Positions 17,457-27,644 of a stretch of DNA of 51,005 nucleotides are shown one piece after another. Source of the stretch: an uncultured Candidatus Saccharibacteria bacterium (lineage in GTDB: Bacteria > Patescibacteriota > Minisyncoccia > Phycocordibacterales > UBA12088); assembly GCA_964459635.1 (NCBI GenBank), contig CAYWMQ010000005.1, forward strand, positions 1-51,005. Reading direction: 5' to 3'. Under the pieces are notes generated by a model, which was not told where the DNA came from, did no database searches, and worked only from the letters and a program-made list of their open reading frames with translations. A program made the position numbers and the translations under genes. Position 1 is the first letter of the stretch; the number at the start of each line of letters is the position of its first letter.

Positions 17457-18650
17457 TTATCTGTTTGCCCATCCACCCGCTTTTAGGCGAGCTATGAACG
17501 TGCGTCCGTGCGCGGTAGCCGACCGCTCCCCCACCCTCCTCGCCTTAGGCGCTGCGTCAGTCACGGTGGCATATCTGCTTACATTGAGCATGATGCCGAC
17601 GGAACAGAGCGCAAAGAAAAGCGCCGACCCGCCATGGCTGATAAACGTGAGCGGCTCGCCGGTAAGAGGCACGATGCCGAGCATGGAGCCCATGTTCGCA
17701 AATGCTTGTGTCACAATGAACGCCACTATACCCACACATAAGAGGGTCCCAAAACGGTCCGGCGCTCGTGCCGCCACCGTAAGGCCGCGTATCGCAAAGA
17801 ATACAAAGCACAGAATGAGCAGCGCACCACCCACAAAACCAAACTCCTCTGCCGCCACCGAAAAGACCGAGTCACCTATGGGCTCCGGTAAGTAGCTGAA
17901 CTTTTGGACGCTTTGGCCATAGCCGCGTCCTACCCACCCACCCGAGCCTATGGCGATAAGTGACTGTCGTATCTGATAGCCGCTCCCGCGCGGGTCGTCA
18001 GCCGGATCGATAAATGTGGTAATGCGCTGCATGACGTACGGCTGCATAAACGCGACCGCCGTCACAAAGATCCCCGCACCGACGATAAGCGCGCTTGCGT
18101 GGGCGAGCCGCGCACCGGAGACCATGTACATGGCAAAGCCTGCAACGCCAATGATGAGAAATGTGCCCACATCAGGCTGGGCAAGGAGCAAGATGGCAGG
18201 CAGAGCTGTCACCGTGAGGTACGGCGCCAAGCCGTACCGTGCCGAGCGGATCTGCGCCGGACGCGCCGACAGGACGGCGGCCAGCAGTACAACGTATCCC
18301 AGTTTTAACACTTCGCCGGGCTGTAGTGAAAGCCCGAATACGTTAAGCCACCTCGTAGCGCCCCCCGCCTCACGTCCAATGCCCGGGATGAACACAAGCA
18401 GGGTGAGCAACAGAGCGAACGCATAGAGATGCGGCGCATAGCCCCGCAACTTCTTGTAGGGTACGCGTGAGATTACCAACATGGCCACCGTGCCGCAGCC
18501 CACTCCCAGCAAAAGCTGTGATAGCGCCACAGAAGAGAACGTTGCGCCGTTGCGCGCCAACAGGCCGAGTGATGCACTGCTAAAGATAAAAAAACCCGCA
18601 ACGACGAGCACAAGCGTCACGATGAGAAGGGGGCGGTCGAGAGAGTGCAT
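17457..18650 (-). CDS. ftsW: SEDS family peptidoglycan polymerase (FtsW/RodA)
   Basis: Multi-TM protein with QPGEVLKLG, SGYQIRQSLIAIGSGGWVGRGYGQS and SHGGSALF motifs. Start taken at MHSLDRPLL (18650). Confidence 0.85.
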   Translation of the reverse strand: MHSLDRPLLIVTLVLVVAGFFIFSSASLGLLARNGATFSSVALSQLLLGVGCGTVAMLVISRVPYKKLRGYAPHLYAFALLLTLLVFIPGIGREAGGATRWLNVFGLSLQPGEVLKLGYVVLLAAVLSARPAQIRSARYGLAPYLTVTALPAILLLAQPDVGTFLIIGVAGFAMYMVSGARLAHASALIVGAGIFVTAVAFMQPYVMQRITTFIDPADDPRGSGYQIRQSLIAIGSGGWVGRGYGQSVQKFSYLPEPIGDSVFSVAAEEFGFVGGALLILCFVFFAIRGLTVAARAPDRFGTLLCVGIVAFIVTQAFANMGSMLGIVPLTGEPLTFISHGGSALFFALCSVGIMLNVSRYATVTDAAPKARRVGERSATAHGRTFIARLKAGGWANR

Positions 18651-18710
18651 GTGTAAGGGAATGGGTATGCGAATGGGGACGAGCGAATATGAAGGTCCGG
18701 TGCCACTGAC

Positions 18711-18846
18711 GCAAAAGCCCAAATTCAAAATTTCAAGCTCCAAACAAATCACAAACATCAAAATCCGCGAAGACCATCCGTATGTGTTTTGTATTTGTGT
18801 ACTGGTGCTTATTTGGAACTTGTAATTTACAAATTAGGGCTTTTGC
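18711..18846. repeat. AT-rich imperfect palindromic element, family 1 (core CAAGYTCCAAATAAGCACCA)
   Basis: The outer arms GCAAAAGCCC (18711) and GGGCTTTTGC (18846) are complementary. The core lies on the minus strand at 18804-18823. It fills the mraY-ftsW spacer. Confidence 0.8.
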
Positions 18847-18901
18847 TTACCGGTATTTCGTATGGTTATTACCCACCAATCACTTTTCTTTACTCATTCA
18901 C

Positions 18902-19981
18902 TTACACTGATCCAGCCAGTGCAACGATAACTCCTATGAACGCCATGATGATGGACAACACCCAGTAGCGCATCGTCACTTTGTACGCCGGCCAGCCGAT
19001 AGCTTCAAAGTGGTGGTGGATAGGCGCGATCTTGAACACCTTCTTCTTGCGGTACTTTTTCGAAGCCACTTGGACAAGATCCGAAGCGACCGTAGCCACG
19101 AGCGGGAATGCGATGATGGGAAGGACAAGCACCCCCTTTCCCTCCCCCAGGGTGTCGGTCATGAAGGCGACCACAGTGAGTGCCATTGTGAGGCCCATGA
19201 CACCGGTTTCGGACATGTAAAAGCGCGCGGGGGGTATGTTAAACCACAGAAACGCCAGCAGACCACCCACCACCACTCCACAGAACGCAGCCAAGTCTAT
19301 TTGATTCTGCGCGTACGCAATGAGTGCGTACGCGGAAAATATCGCGCCAAATACGCCGCCCGCGAGGCCATCTATGCCGTCAATAACACCGCCCGCATAG
19401 ACGCCCACTGCAACAAGTATAAAGAAAGGAATAAACCATACGCCCATTTCCACGAGACCGTCAAACGGCACATTAACCGCGCTTATGTCAAGTTTGGCGT
19501 AAAACCACCAGCCGATGAATGCTGAGACAAGCCCCACCACGGTGAGTCTTTGTGAGAGCGGTAGGCCGCCTGCAAAATGTGCGCCATTGCCCAGGACTTC
19601 GAGAAGATCGTCTACGAAGCCTACCGCTGCACCCACGAGCAGCGCAAAAAAAGGCAGCCATGTTTGGCTTCGACTCAGGAATTCCATCTTGTCGAACGTT
19701 GGGCCCCCAATGTAGTGCTTCAAGAGCCAGAGGCTCATGATGGTGATACACACGCTGCCCCAGATCACGATACCACCCATGCGGGGCGTACCCACCTCCT
19801 TGTTCTTGTGCAGTTCATTGAAAAGCGGCGTCTCGCCGCCCCCATATCCGGCAGCTTTTCCCGAGCGTTTCTTCCAGCACTTAAAACGGTACAGGTAGTG
19901 CGTAACTATGGGCGTAAGTGCGATACCGACAAAGAACGCTATTGCGGTCGGACTGATGACTTTGACGATATCTACCATCAT
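18902..19981 (-). CDS. mraY: phospho-N-acetylmuramoyl-pentapeptide transferase
   Basis: Ten-TM profile with DDLLEV, GVIDGIDGLAGG and APIHHHFE motifs. Start taken at MMVDIVK (19981). Confidence 0.9.
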   Translation of the reverse strand: MMVDIVKVISPTAIAFFVGIALTPIVTHYLYRFKCWKKRSGKAAGYGGGETPLFNELHKNKEVGTPRMGGIVIWGSVCITIMSLWLLKHYIGGPTFDKMEFLSRSQTWLPFFALLVGAAVGFVDDLLEVLGNGAHFAGGLPLSQRLTVVGLVSAFIGWWFYAKLDISAVNVPFDGLVEMGVWFIPFFILVAVGVYAGGVIDGIDGLAGGVFGAIFSAYALIAYAQNQIDLAAFCGVVVGGLLAFLWFNIPPARFYMSETGVMGLTMALTVVAFMTDTLGEGKGVLVLPIIAFPLVATVASDLVQVASKKYRKKKVFKIAPIHHHFEAIGWPAYKVTMRYWVLSIIMAFIGVIVALAGSV

Positions 19982-20015
19982 AGTGTAAAGACTGTGTACG
20001 CGGGAACAGCGGCAT

Positions 20016-21116
20016 TTACGGCTGCCGCACGGTCGTGCCCGCCGTTTCGAACTCGTACCACCCCGAGGTGTAGTAGGTGCGCGTCGCATGTACGAGCGCA
20101 TCCACGTCGTCAAATCTACCCTCAAGGGTTGAGCCCAGTACCACCACAGCCACGGGCTCATTCAGGCCGACGTCGACCACCATAGCGAGATTTCCGCCTG
20201 CCAGGTCCGTATATCCCGTTTTACCTCCCAGGAGCCCGGGTGTCGCCGACACGAGCGCGTTGGTATTGGACGCATTGTGTGCAAATCCCGACTCGGAAAC
20301 GTATCGCGCATTTGCTCGTGTCGTTTCCAGCAGCAGATCCGGTGCGCTGAGCCATACGTGAGCCAGGAGCCGCGCAACATCGCGCGCTGTCCCGACACCC
20401 CCGGTCGCTTCCGCGCCCACGTCTAGACCGGTGGGATTGCGGAAGATGGTGTCCTCAAGGCCAAGCTCTTTTGCGCGCGTGTTCATGCGGCCCACGAATG
20501 ACTGCGTGCCCACCCGCGGGCTTGTGGTGTCACCATTACTTAAAAGCGCCCCGGCGGCCGCAGCCACCGCGTCAGCTCCGTCATTGCTGCTCGTAACGAG
20601 CGTGAAAGAGAGCAAGTCCCTAAGCTTCCAGCGCTCCGCGGCAAAAAGCCCCGAATCCCCCTCAACCGCGAGTGCCTGCTCGGTGATAGCCACTCGCGTG
20701 TCCGGCGTAAGCGACTCGTGTGCCACCACTGCGGTCATAAGCTTTGTGAGGCTTGCGAGCGGGAGCCGCTCCGTTTCATTTTTGCGGTAGAGCTCGCGCC
20801 CTGTTGTGAGGTCGTACACCACTGCGGAGCGTGCCGCGAGCGAGAGCGACTCGTAGGGGTTTGCTTGAGTGGGAGCGCGTCGGAGGATGGGTGCGCTGGG
20901 CTCCGCAACGACCGGTGGTGTTTCCGCTACGATCGGCTTTTCGGGCCAGAGAGTGACAGATGCGACGACCACGAGGCCGGTGAGTGAAAACGCACCGATG
21001 AGTGCCACCATACGGTCGCGCCGCTCGTGGCTCTGCTCCGCCCAGTCTCCCTGTTCCTGCCGATCCACCGAAGGTGGAGGGGTATGAGCGTGTTGATGGT
21101 TGGGTTCCTCGTACAT
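20016..21116 (-). CDS. D-alanyl-D-alanine carboxypeptidase (S11, PBP5-like)
   Basis: SLTK (SxxK), SSND (SxN) and KTGYT (KTG) motifs in the canonical order, with an N-terminal TM anchor. Confidence 0.85.
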   Translation of the reverse strand: MYEEPNHQHAHTPPPSVDRQEQGDWAEQSHERRDRMVALIGAFSLTGLVVVASVTLWPEKPIVAETPPVVAEPSAPILRRAPTQANPYESLSLAARSAVVYDLTTGRELYRKNETERLPLASLTKLMTAVVAHESLTPDTRVAITEQALAVEGDSGLFAAERWKLRDLLSFTLVTSSNDGADAVAAAAGALLSNGDTTSPRVGTQSFVGRMNTRAKELGLEDTIFRNPTGLDVGAEATGGVGTARDVARLLAHVWLSAPDLLLETTRANARYVSESGFAHNASNTNALVSATPGLLGGKTGYTDLAGGNLAMVVDVGLNEPVAVVVLGSTLEGRFDDVDALVHATRTYYTSGWYEFETAGTTVRQP

Positions 21117-21119
21117 AGG

Positions 21120-21677
21120 TCAAGCATTCAGCGTTTCTTCAGCCTTTTCTTGTTCAAACAGCGCGAGCGCCTGTACGGCCTCGGCGTATCCGGGAAGCTC
21201 TTCCACACGCGTGAGGCCAAGGTGTGCGAGAAGGTCACTTGTGGCACGGTAGATCGAAGAGCGGCTGTTTTCAGGGTTGGGAACACGCTCAATAAGCCCG
21301 CGTACCTGTAAATTGCGCAAAATGAACGTGGAATTGACGCCCCGGATGTAGTCTATTTGTGCGCGCGTGGCGGGGCCGCGATATAGCACGATAGCAAGCG
21401 TCTCTGCGCCCGCTTTGCCGAGATCGCGTGTAAGTTCGTCCTTTCGTGCTGCGGCGATGATGGCGGACGCTTCAGGCGCCGTCACAAGCTCAAGCTCGCC
21501 GTTTGCGTCAAGCAAACGCAGGCCGCGCGTGGCGAGGTTTGCGCGTAGTGCACGCACAGCCTCTTCAAGCGCCTCAGGTGCCATACCCAGCATCTTTTCG
21601 ATACGTGAGCGGGAGGTAGGCTCGCCGCGGTAAAAAAGCAATGCTTCAAGCTGCACATCGGGCGTCATACCACGCAT
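21120..21677 (-). CDS. scpB: segregation and condensation protein B
   Basis: Two winged-helix repeats: LEALLFYRGEP near the N-terminus and IDYIRGVNSTFILRNLQVRGLIE. Confidence 0.85.
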   Translation of the reverse strand: MRGMTPDVQLEALLFYRGEPTSRSRIEKMLGMAPEALEEAVRALRANLATRGLRLLDANGELELVTAPEASAIIAAARKDELTRDLGKAGAETLAIVLYRGPATRAQIDYIRGVNSTFILRNLQVRGLIERVPNPENSRSSIYRATSDLLAHLGLTRVEELPGYAEAVQALALFEQEKAEETLNA

Positions 21678-21777
21678 TCTACCTTATATACGGCGCATCC
21701 GAAAGCACACACGTACGGTAATGTGCACAGGAAAACTGGGGATTTTCGCGTGGCTGGCGGCGCCCACTGTGTATGGG

Positions 21778-22530
21778 CTACCCGTAACGAGGAAGTCCGA
21801 CGCGGTCCGTTTCAAGGTAGATATCTTCAAACAAACCTTGCTGCTCCACCTGCACGGTGCCTTGCTTCACAAGCTCAAGGACCGCCAAAAAACTTACGAC
21901 AATGAGCGCTCGTACGTCGCGATCGGCAGCGCTTCCTTTTCCATGTCCCGAGAACTCACGGAAGCTGGTACGCATACCCGCTTCCACACGCTTCGTCAGC
22001 CGCTCGATCATCTCCTCCAAGGAGAGTATTTTTTGTACGGTGGCACGCGACAGCTTTGGCTCTCGGGCGGGGAGGTTGGTAAGCACACGCGCCATAGCAT
22101 CTTGGATGGCGGGGAGTGTCATTGAGCTGTCGGGCGAAAAGACGGGTACGCCGGTACGCTTACCTTGGCCGCGGTACAGTCGTGTGCGGCCATAGAGTGG
22201 CGCAAGCTGCGCGCCCAGCGCACGTATGCGTTCGTACAACTTAAGGCGCGTCTCAAGGTCGTCTATGGACGCCTGCTCCTCCTCGGTGAGTGAAAGTATC
22301 GGCAGGAGCGACTTCGACTTAATGAGGAGTAGGGTCGAGCCGATGAGGATGAAGTGTGCCGTTTCCGCGAGCGGATACTCGGGGTGCGCCCGCACGTAGG
22401 CTATGAAGTCGTCCGTCACTCGGGCAAGCGCGATGTCATTGATGAGGAGCTTGCGCTTTTCTATGAGCGCAAGCAGCAGGTCGAGGGGCCCCTCGAAGCT
22501 TTCGGTGGCTACGGTAAAAGAGGTGCTCAC
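21778..22530 (-). CDS. scpA: segregation and condensation protein A
   Basis: FEGPLDLLLALIEKRKLLINDI signature. The GTG at 22530 is chosen; the ORF track extends to 22584. Confidence 0.8.
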   Translation of the reverse strand: MSTSFTVATESFEGPLDLLLALIEKRKLLINDIALARVTDDFIAYVRAHPEYPLAETAHFILIGSTLLLIKSKSLLPILSLTEEEQASIDDLETRLKLYERIRALGAQLAPLYGRTRLYRGQGKRTGVPVFSPDSSMTLPAIQDAMARVLTNLPAREPKLSRATVQKILSLEEMIERLTKRVEAGMRTSFREFSGHGKGSAADRDVRALIVVSFLAVLELVKQGTVQVEQQGLFEDIYLETDRVGLPRYG

Positions 22531-22596
22531 ACGGTAAGTGTACCGCAGTGTTGCAAATCTTGCAGTACCCTCATGCGTGCGCAATGAACATGCGCA

Positions 22597-23934
22597 CTAT
22601 GAGGTTGACAAGAGTGTATCGATGCGATTGATCTCACGGGGAAAAAGCGTCGCCTCTTTCACGTTGTCGAGGCCTAGCATCTTTTCCGTGAGGCGCTCAA
22701 GGCCCATGCCCCAGCCGCCGTGCGGCGGCATGCCGTACTTGAAGGTCTGCAGGTAAAAGGAAAAGAGCGCCGGGTCAAGTCCCTTTTTCTCAAGCCGTCC
22801 GAGGAGCGTCTCATAGTCGTGCACGCGCTGCCCCCCTGTCGTCACCTCCACGCCGCGGAAAAGGCAGTCAAAGCTCTTGGTGTACCCCTTGTCGTTTTCA
22901 TCCTCGTACGTGTAGAACGGACGCTTTGCGAGCGGGTAGTGCGTGATGAAGATGTAGTCGCTCCCAAGTTCCTTGCGCGAGTATTCGCACAGCCAGCGCT
23001 CATTCTCGGGTGAGAGGTCGGGCTCTTCGGTGTCGTCCTTCCCCGTTTCTTTACTGTAGAGTGCCAGCGCCTCACGCAGCTTCATGCGCGGAAACGGCCC
23101 CTCGGGAAGAAGCGGCAGCGCAGCGCCAAGGAGCGCAAATTCGGCACTGCATGTGTCCCTGAGGTGTGCTGCGAGAGCCCGCATGAAGCGCTCTTCAAGC
23201 GCCATGATATCGGTGTGATCCTCGATGAAGCCCATTTCAATATCAAGCGATGTGTATTCATTGAGGTGGCGCGACGTGGAGTGGAGTTCCGCACGGAACA
23301 CATTCCCCACAGCGAACACGCGTTCAAACACACCCACCATGATCTGCTTGTAGAGCTGGGGGCTTGTAGCCAGGTACGCCCACTTGTCCTTGAGGTATTC
23401 GATGCGAAATACGTTACCGCCCCCTTCCGCGTCGCCTCCCACTATCTTCGGCGCTTCTATTTCAGTGAAGCCCTCGTCCGTGAGAAATGAGCGGTACGCG
23501 ACAAGTATTTCGTGTTGGACCTTGAAGATGGCACGCTCGCGCTCGCGGCGGAGCGTAAGTGGTCGATAGTCAAGAAGCGTGTCCAGGTTAAGCTCGGTCT
23601 CCTTATCAAAGGGAAGCTCCTGTGCGCGGCCCAGTACCTCTACCGAAAGCAGCTCGAGCTCTATGTCGCCGTTTGCCTGTTCGACCTTCACCATTTTTTC
23701 GGGCCGCTTGTTCACCACGGCACTCACGCGCACCACGTACTCGGAACGTGTCTCCTGCGCGCCGGCGACCGCCTCCGGGTGGTTTGGGAGAGCCACGGCC
23801 TGCACCATGCCGCTTCGGTCACGGATGTCGAGAAAGACGAGCTTGCCGTGGTCGCGACGCACGTCCACCCAGCCGGAGACGGTAACTTCAGAGCCGATGT
23901 GCGAGTGGAGGTCCTTTACGAGTGTGCGGGTCAT
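22597..23934 (-). CDS. aspS: aspartyl-tRNA synthetase, archaeal/eukaryotic type (class IIb; Asp/Asn discrimination unknown)
   Basis: N-terminal OB fold, FRAELHSTSRHLNEYTSLDIEM (motif 2) and GGWGMGLERL (motif 3). At about 445 aa it lacks the bacterial insertion domain. Confidence 0.8.
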   Translation of the reverse strand: MTRTLVKDLHSHIGSEVTVSGWVDVRRDHGKLVFLDIRDRSGMVQAVALPNHPEAVAGAQETRSEYVVRVSAVVNKRPEKMVKVEQANGDIELELLSVEVLGRAQELPFDKETELNLDTLLDYRPLTLRRERERAIFKVQHEILVAYRSFLTDEGFTEIEAPKIVGGDAEGGGNVFRIEYLKDKWAYLATSPQLYKQIMVGVFERVFAVGNVFRAELHSTSRHLNEYTSLDIEMGFIEDHTDIMALEERFMRALAAHLRDTCSAEFALLGAALPLLPEGPFPRMKLREALALYSKETGKDDTEEPDLSPENERWLCEYSRKELGSDYIFITHYPLAKRPFYTYEDENDKGYTKSFDCLFRGVEVTTGGQRVHDYETLLGRLEKKGLDPALFSFYLQTFKYGMPPHGGWGMGLERLTEKMLGLDNVKEATLFPREINRIDTLLSTS

Positions 23935-23957
23935 AGGAGTGGTTAATGAGATGTGGT

Positions 23958-23988
23958 CACGATACTAATCTACGAATTATGCGAATAC
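23958..23988 (+). repeat. family 2 word element (CACGATACTAATCTACGAATTATGCGAATAC)
   Basis: Close match to 41532-41571 and to the reverse complement of 44570-44609. Confidence 0.75.
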
Positions 23989-24002
23989 ATGAAGTAAATC
24001 GT

Positions 24003-24127
24003 AAATCCAAAATTACAAGCTCCAAATAAGCACCAAATATCAATTACCTAAACATAGCGCCCGCGTTTATTTGATGCTTATTCATTGCGATTTATTTGGA
24101 ACTTGTGATTTGGAACTTGTGATTTTT
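24003..24127. repeat. AT-rich imperfect palindromic element, family 1
   Basis: Core CAAGCTCCAAATAAGCACCAAA at 24016-24037. The right arm contains TTATTTGGAACTTGTGATTTGGAACTTGTGATTT. Confidence 0.8.
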
Positions 24128-24182
24128 CTCTCGCATCTTGTTGTATGTATAGTGGCATCACACTTTCACTATCCACTAACCA

Positions 24183-24659
24183 CTAATGTGTGTCCCGATA
24201 ATACGGCCCACCACGGTACGCGTCAAGCATGTCGGGGATGGTGGCAAAGAGGGGTGTGGGGAGTGCGTCGAGCGGGTACCAGGCCCAGGATTCGCATTTA
24301 TCGGGCTCCAGGACCTGTGGTTCCCCACTTTCCCAATCGGCCACAAAGCCGATATGCACATAATGCTTTGGCGCGTAGACGCGAGTGTTTGTGAGGACCA
24401 AGAAGCGCACGTTCTTGACTTTGACCCCACACTCTTCCGCTATCTCGCGGAGCGCACACTCTTCGAAGCCCTCCATATACTCCAAGTGCCCGCCCGGAAA
24501 GGAGTACTCGCCCGTGCCATGGCTCGACAGGCGCTTACCTACAAGTGCGTTGCCCTCCTTGAGAATCATGATGCCGATGCCAACGAGGGGGCGAGTGCTC
24601 TGTGTTGGTCCATTCATAAGTGCAGCTTCACTGTAGGCGTTTGCGTGGGGTGTGTACAC
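24183..24659 (-). CDS. NUDIX hydrolase
   Basis: Nudix box GGHLEYMEGFEECALREIAEECGV. An alternative start is at 24617. Confidence 0.85.
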   Translation of the reverse strand: MYTPHANAYSEAALMNGPTQSTRPLVGIGIMILKEGNALVGKRLSSHGTGEYSFPGGHLEYMEGFEECALREIAEECGVKVKNVRFLVLTNTRVYAPKHYVHIGFVADWESGEPQVLEPDKCESWAWYPLDALPTPLFATIPDMLDAYRGGPYYRDTH

Positions 24660-24674
24660 AGCTGTTAAATTTTT

Positions 24675-24757
24675 GATTTTAGATTACAGAGATTCGCAAC
24701 AACGTACGTATTTCTGCGAACACTCGTTCTAAAATCTGAAATCTAATATCTAAAATC
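24675..24757. repeat. AT-rich imperfect palindrome (GATTTTAGAT...ATCTAAAATC)
   Basis: The arms share the words GATTTTAGA and TTCGCA/TGCGAA. It fills the trpS-NUDIX spacer. Confidence 0.65.
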
Positions 24758-25744
24758 TTATATCGTCACTCCCACCTTCTCCCTCACCTCGCGCATTTTT
24801 TCCGATGCTACGGCGCGGGCGCGCTCTGCCCCCTCGCGCAGGATGTGCTTCACGGCGTTCGTGTCTTTTGCGAGCTCGCGACGACGCTCACGAAGCGGCG
24901 CGACGGCGGCGATGATGTTGTCCGCCAAAAGTTCCTTGCTTTCTTTGTACCCGATAGTCCCGGCGCGGTAGCGGCTCTCAATCTCAGTTAGCATGTCCGT
25001 ACTGAAGTGCTTGTGCAGCGCAAAGACGTTGCATGTCTCCGGGTCCAAAGGCTCTCCCCTCCCCTTTGAGTCTGTCACGATGCGCATGGCAAGGGTGCGT
25101 ATCTCGTCGTCTTCGGCAAAAAGCGGGATGGTGTTGCCGTAGCTTTTGCTCATCTTCTGTCCGTCGAGCCCGGGTATTACCGCGACCTCAGCCGGAATAT
25201 ATGCCTCAGGTAGTTTGAAGATTTCTCCATAAGTACCGTTAAACTTTTCTGCGGTATCGCGCGCAAACTCTATGTGCTGCTTCTGGTCTTGCCCCACCGG
25301 CACGATGTCCGGACTGTAGAGCAGTATGTCAGCGCTCATCAGCATCGGGTAGTCAAAGGTACCCACATTGATATCTTTGTTCTTCGCCTCTGCGTCCTTG
25401 AACGCATGCGCCCGCATAAGGTACGGCATGGTCGTAAGCGTATTGAAGATCCAGCAGAGCTCGGTGTGCTCGGATATGTCAGACTGCTTGAAAAGCGTCA
25501 CATCCTTCGGGTCAAGGCCGATGGCCAAGTAATCAAGAGCTACGCCGAGCGTATTTTCGCGAAGCTCGGCGCCGTTATGGATGATGTTCATCGCGTGGTA
25601 ATCTGCGACGAACACGAAGCTTTCGTGCGTCTTTGCGAGCTCCACGAACTGGCGCATTGCGCCGAGGTAGTTGCCGATGTGCGGGCGGCCCGTCGGTTTT
25701 ACGCCCGATAACAGTCTTTTCTGAGCGCTGCTCATTGTCGACAC
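24758..25744 (-). CDS. trpS: tryptophanyl-tRNA synthetase
   Basis: GVKPTGRPHIGNYLG (HIGH region) and KMSKS, at 328 aa. The start is a GTG. Confidence 0.9.
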   Translation of the reverse strand: MSTMSSAQKRLLSGVKPTGRPHIGNYLGAMRQFVELAKTHESFVFVADYHAMNIIHNGAELRENTLGVALDYLAIGLDPKDVTLFKQSDISEHTELCWIFNTLTTMPYLMRAHAFKDAEAKNKDINVGTFDYPMLMSADILLYSPDIVPVGQDQKQHIEFARDTAEKFNGTYGEIFKLPEAYIPAEVAVIPGLDGQKMSKSYGNTIPLFAEDDEIRTLAMRIVTDSKGRGEPLDPETCNVFALHKHFSTDMLTEIESRYRAGTIGYKESKELLADNIIAAVAPLRERRRELAKDTNAVKHILREGAERARAVASEKMREVREKVGVTI

Positions 25745-25806
25745 TGTATCACAATACGCACCTCATGACGATATGTATTGCTATGTTTGCGCTATACTTG
25801 TGCCAT

Positions 25807-27621
25807 ATGAAGAGCACTGTTCACGAGGGTGCCGTAGCAGTACCGGCACGTATGGAAGTGACCGGGGGCACGGATGGCCGGGGGTCGGGTCATGAGCACG
25901 TGAGCGAACGTGATACGCAAGCGGATGAGCACCTGCTTGTATTGTTTGCGCAAGCTGAACGACCGCCCGCGCGAACGGTGAGCTGGTCGGAAGAGGTGCT
26001 AGGCACATGGGAAGGCTTCGTGAACAAGCTCACGGAGCTAGAGGCTACCATTCACACTGCGACCGTTCCCTTTCCGCAAGACGACGTGCGTCGTTTCCAT
26101 CATGCGCTGTGCGCGTTTCTCGTTGAGCGTCCGACCGATATGGCACTGATGTCCAACGCAGAGTTTTTTACCCTCATGGACAAGCTGTGCGCTGCGCGCG
26201 ATCGTGAGCTGCCCCCTCTTGAGGATGGCCTTTCAGGGAAAGATAGAGAACGACGCGAGCACGTGCTTGCGTGGCGCGACATCGTGCGCGAGGTCGCGGA
26301 AAACTTCTACGTACAGTACCGCTCCGTGCTGCTTGAACGAGCGGCGGAGTCTCATGACGGGCTGCCGACAGCCGTGCATGCTCTTCGTGCATTGGGGCAT
26401 TTCTCCATGCTGGGATATGACGTGTCGTGCTGCCCTGAGGTTCGTGCACTTGCTGTGTCCGTTGCGCCATACGCTTCGCGTGCGCGTGCCGCACTCATGG
26501 CAAGGAAGGAAATAGACAGAGCCGAGGCGGCTGCCGCGCTGGGGCGCGTGTACATCGGTCTTGTCGCTGCCGGAAACACAGTAGCCATACACGAGGCCGC
26601 GGCAGACTTTGTTTCCACGTACCGCGACCAAGTGTCGACATGTACAAATCCCGGGCTTTGCGTGTACACTGCGCTCAGTGGAGAAATGGGTGGAGCACCC
26701 GAGCTGGCTCATCCGTATGACCCCTTCTTTGATCTGAAGTCAGCCAAGACTCCATGGTCGTCCGCCGGGCCTGGTACGCACCTCATGCTTCAGATTCTGA
26801 AAACGATGAACGTACCGCAGTGGCCGTGCGTTTTGGGCTGGCGCGAGGATGGGTACTGGAAGGAGCCGGTGCTCGCGCATGTTGAAAACCTAACGGCGGC
26901 TGCGAGGCTTGAGCGTGCGTCTCCAGGTAGTACTACGGTACTGCATCGCGAATTCGGTGTGCGATGCTTCAGGAGATATCCTGACCCGATCCTGCTTGAA
27001 CAAGTGGCGAACGCACACGTGGACGATGCGCCGTACGGGTACATGTTATTGGCGCTCGAGGATCACAATGGCGCATTTGCCGAACCGATATCTCAGCGCG
27101 TAGACCTGTACGAAAGTGCTGCGGGCTGTGGCGTGCTAACGCGCATCCTGGAGTTTGGGTCAATAAAAGAGTTGAGTGAACGGCTCGCTCGTTTGAGTCA
27201 CCGCTATGGGCTGCAGAGCGCGAGCTTTGTGTACGGTGAAGGGCATGGCAGCACGGAGGGCATCAGGCTCAGTCGGCGTACGGATGAACTACTGACTGCA
27301 GAAACGCTCGGGACGGGCCCGGGGCGGAGCGCACTCTACTTCGCCGCAGAAGCCCCGGTGTTTCTGGACAGTTGCCGCACCGGCGAAGGTACGGAGAACT
27401 TTGGAAAAAAGCTTTCAGAAGTCCTAAGGACCACTGTTGCAGTACCCACGCACAGCTCGTACGGTGTGCGTGATCTCCGTCTTGTGCGCGGCGCCGGAGG
27501 CAATCTGATGTTTGAAGGCACGCACATACAGAAAAAGGCCGGAGCTACCACGCGCACATACCACAAGGGTGTGCTCGTACAAGAGGTGCCTCGCATCCGC
27601 CATGTACGGGGCGAACCATAG
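25807..27621 (+). CDS. large orphan protein with a C-terminal caspase-like (clan CD) His/Cys dyad signature
   Basis: ASFVYGEGHGS (His codon 27244-27246) and APVFLDSCRTGEG (Cys codon 27373-27375) each follow a hydrophobic strand. The N-terminal 430 aa or so are helical with no family recognised. TATACT lies 8 nt before the ATG. Confidence 0.5.
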   Translation: MKSTVHEGAVAVPARMEVTGGTDGRGSGHEHVSERDTQADEHLLVLFAQAERPPARTVSWSEEVLGTWEGFVNKLTELEATIHTATVPFPQDDVRRFHHALCAFLVERPTDMALMSNAEFFTLMDKLCAARDRELPPLEDGLSGKDRERREHVLAWRDIVREVAENFYVQYRSVLLERAAESHDGLPTAVHALRALGHFSMLGYDVSCCPEVRALAVSVAPYASRARAALMARKEIDRAEAAAALGRVYIGLVAAGNTVAIHEAAADFVSTYRDQVSTCTNPGLCVYTALSGEMGGAPELAHPYDPFFDLKSAKTPWSSAGPGTHLMLQILKTMNVPQWPCVLGWREDGYWKEPVLAHVENLTAAARLERASPGSTTVLHREFGVRCFRRYPDPILLEQVANAHVDDAPYGYMLLALEDHNGAFAEPISQRVDLYESAAGCGVLTRILEFGSIKELSERLARLSHRYGLQSASFVYGEGHGSTEGIRLSRRTDELLTAETLGTGPGRSALYFAAEAPVFLDSCRTGEGTENFGKKLSEVLRTTVAVPTHSSYGVRDLRLVRGAGGNLMFEGTHIQKKAGATTRTYHKGVLVQEVPRIRHVRGEP

Positions 27622-27644
27622 AAGCCTACGGGCATGCGCGCTCA

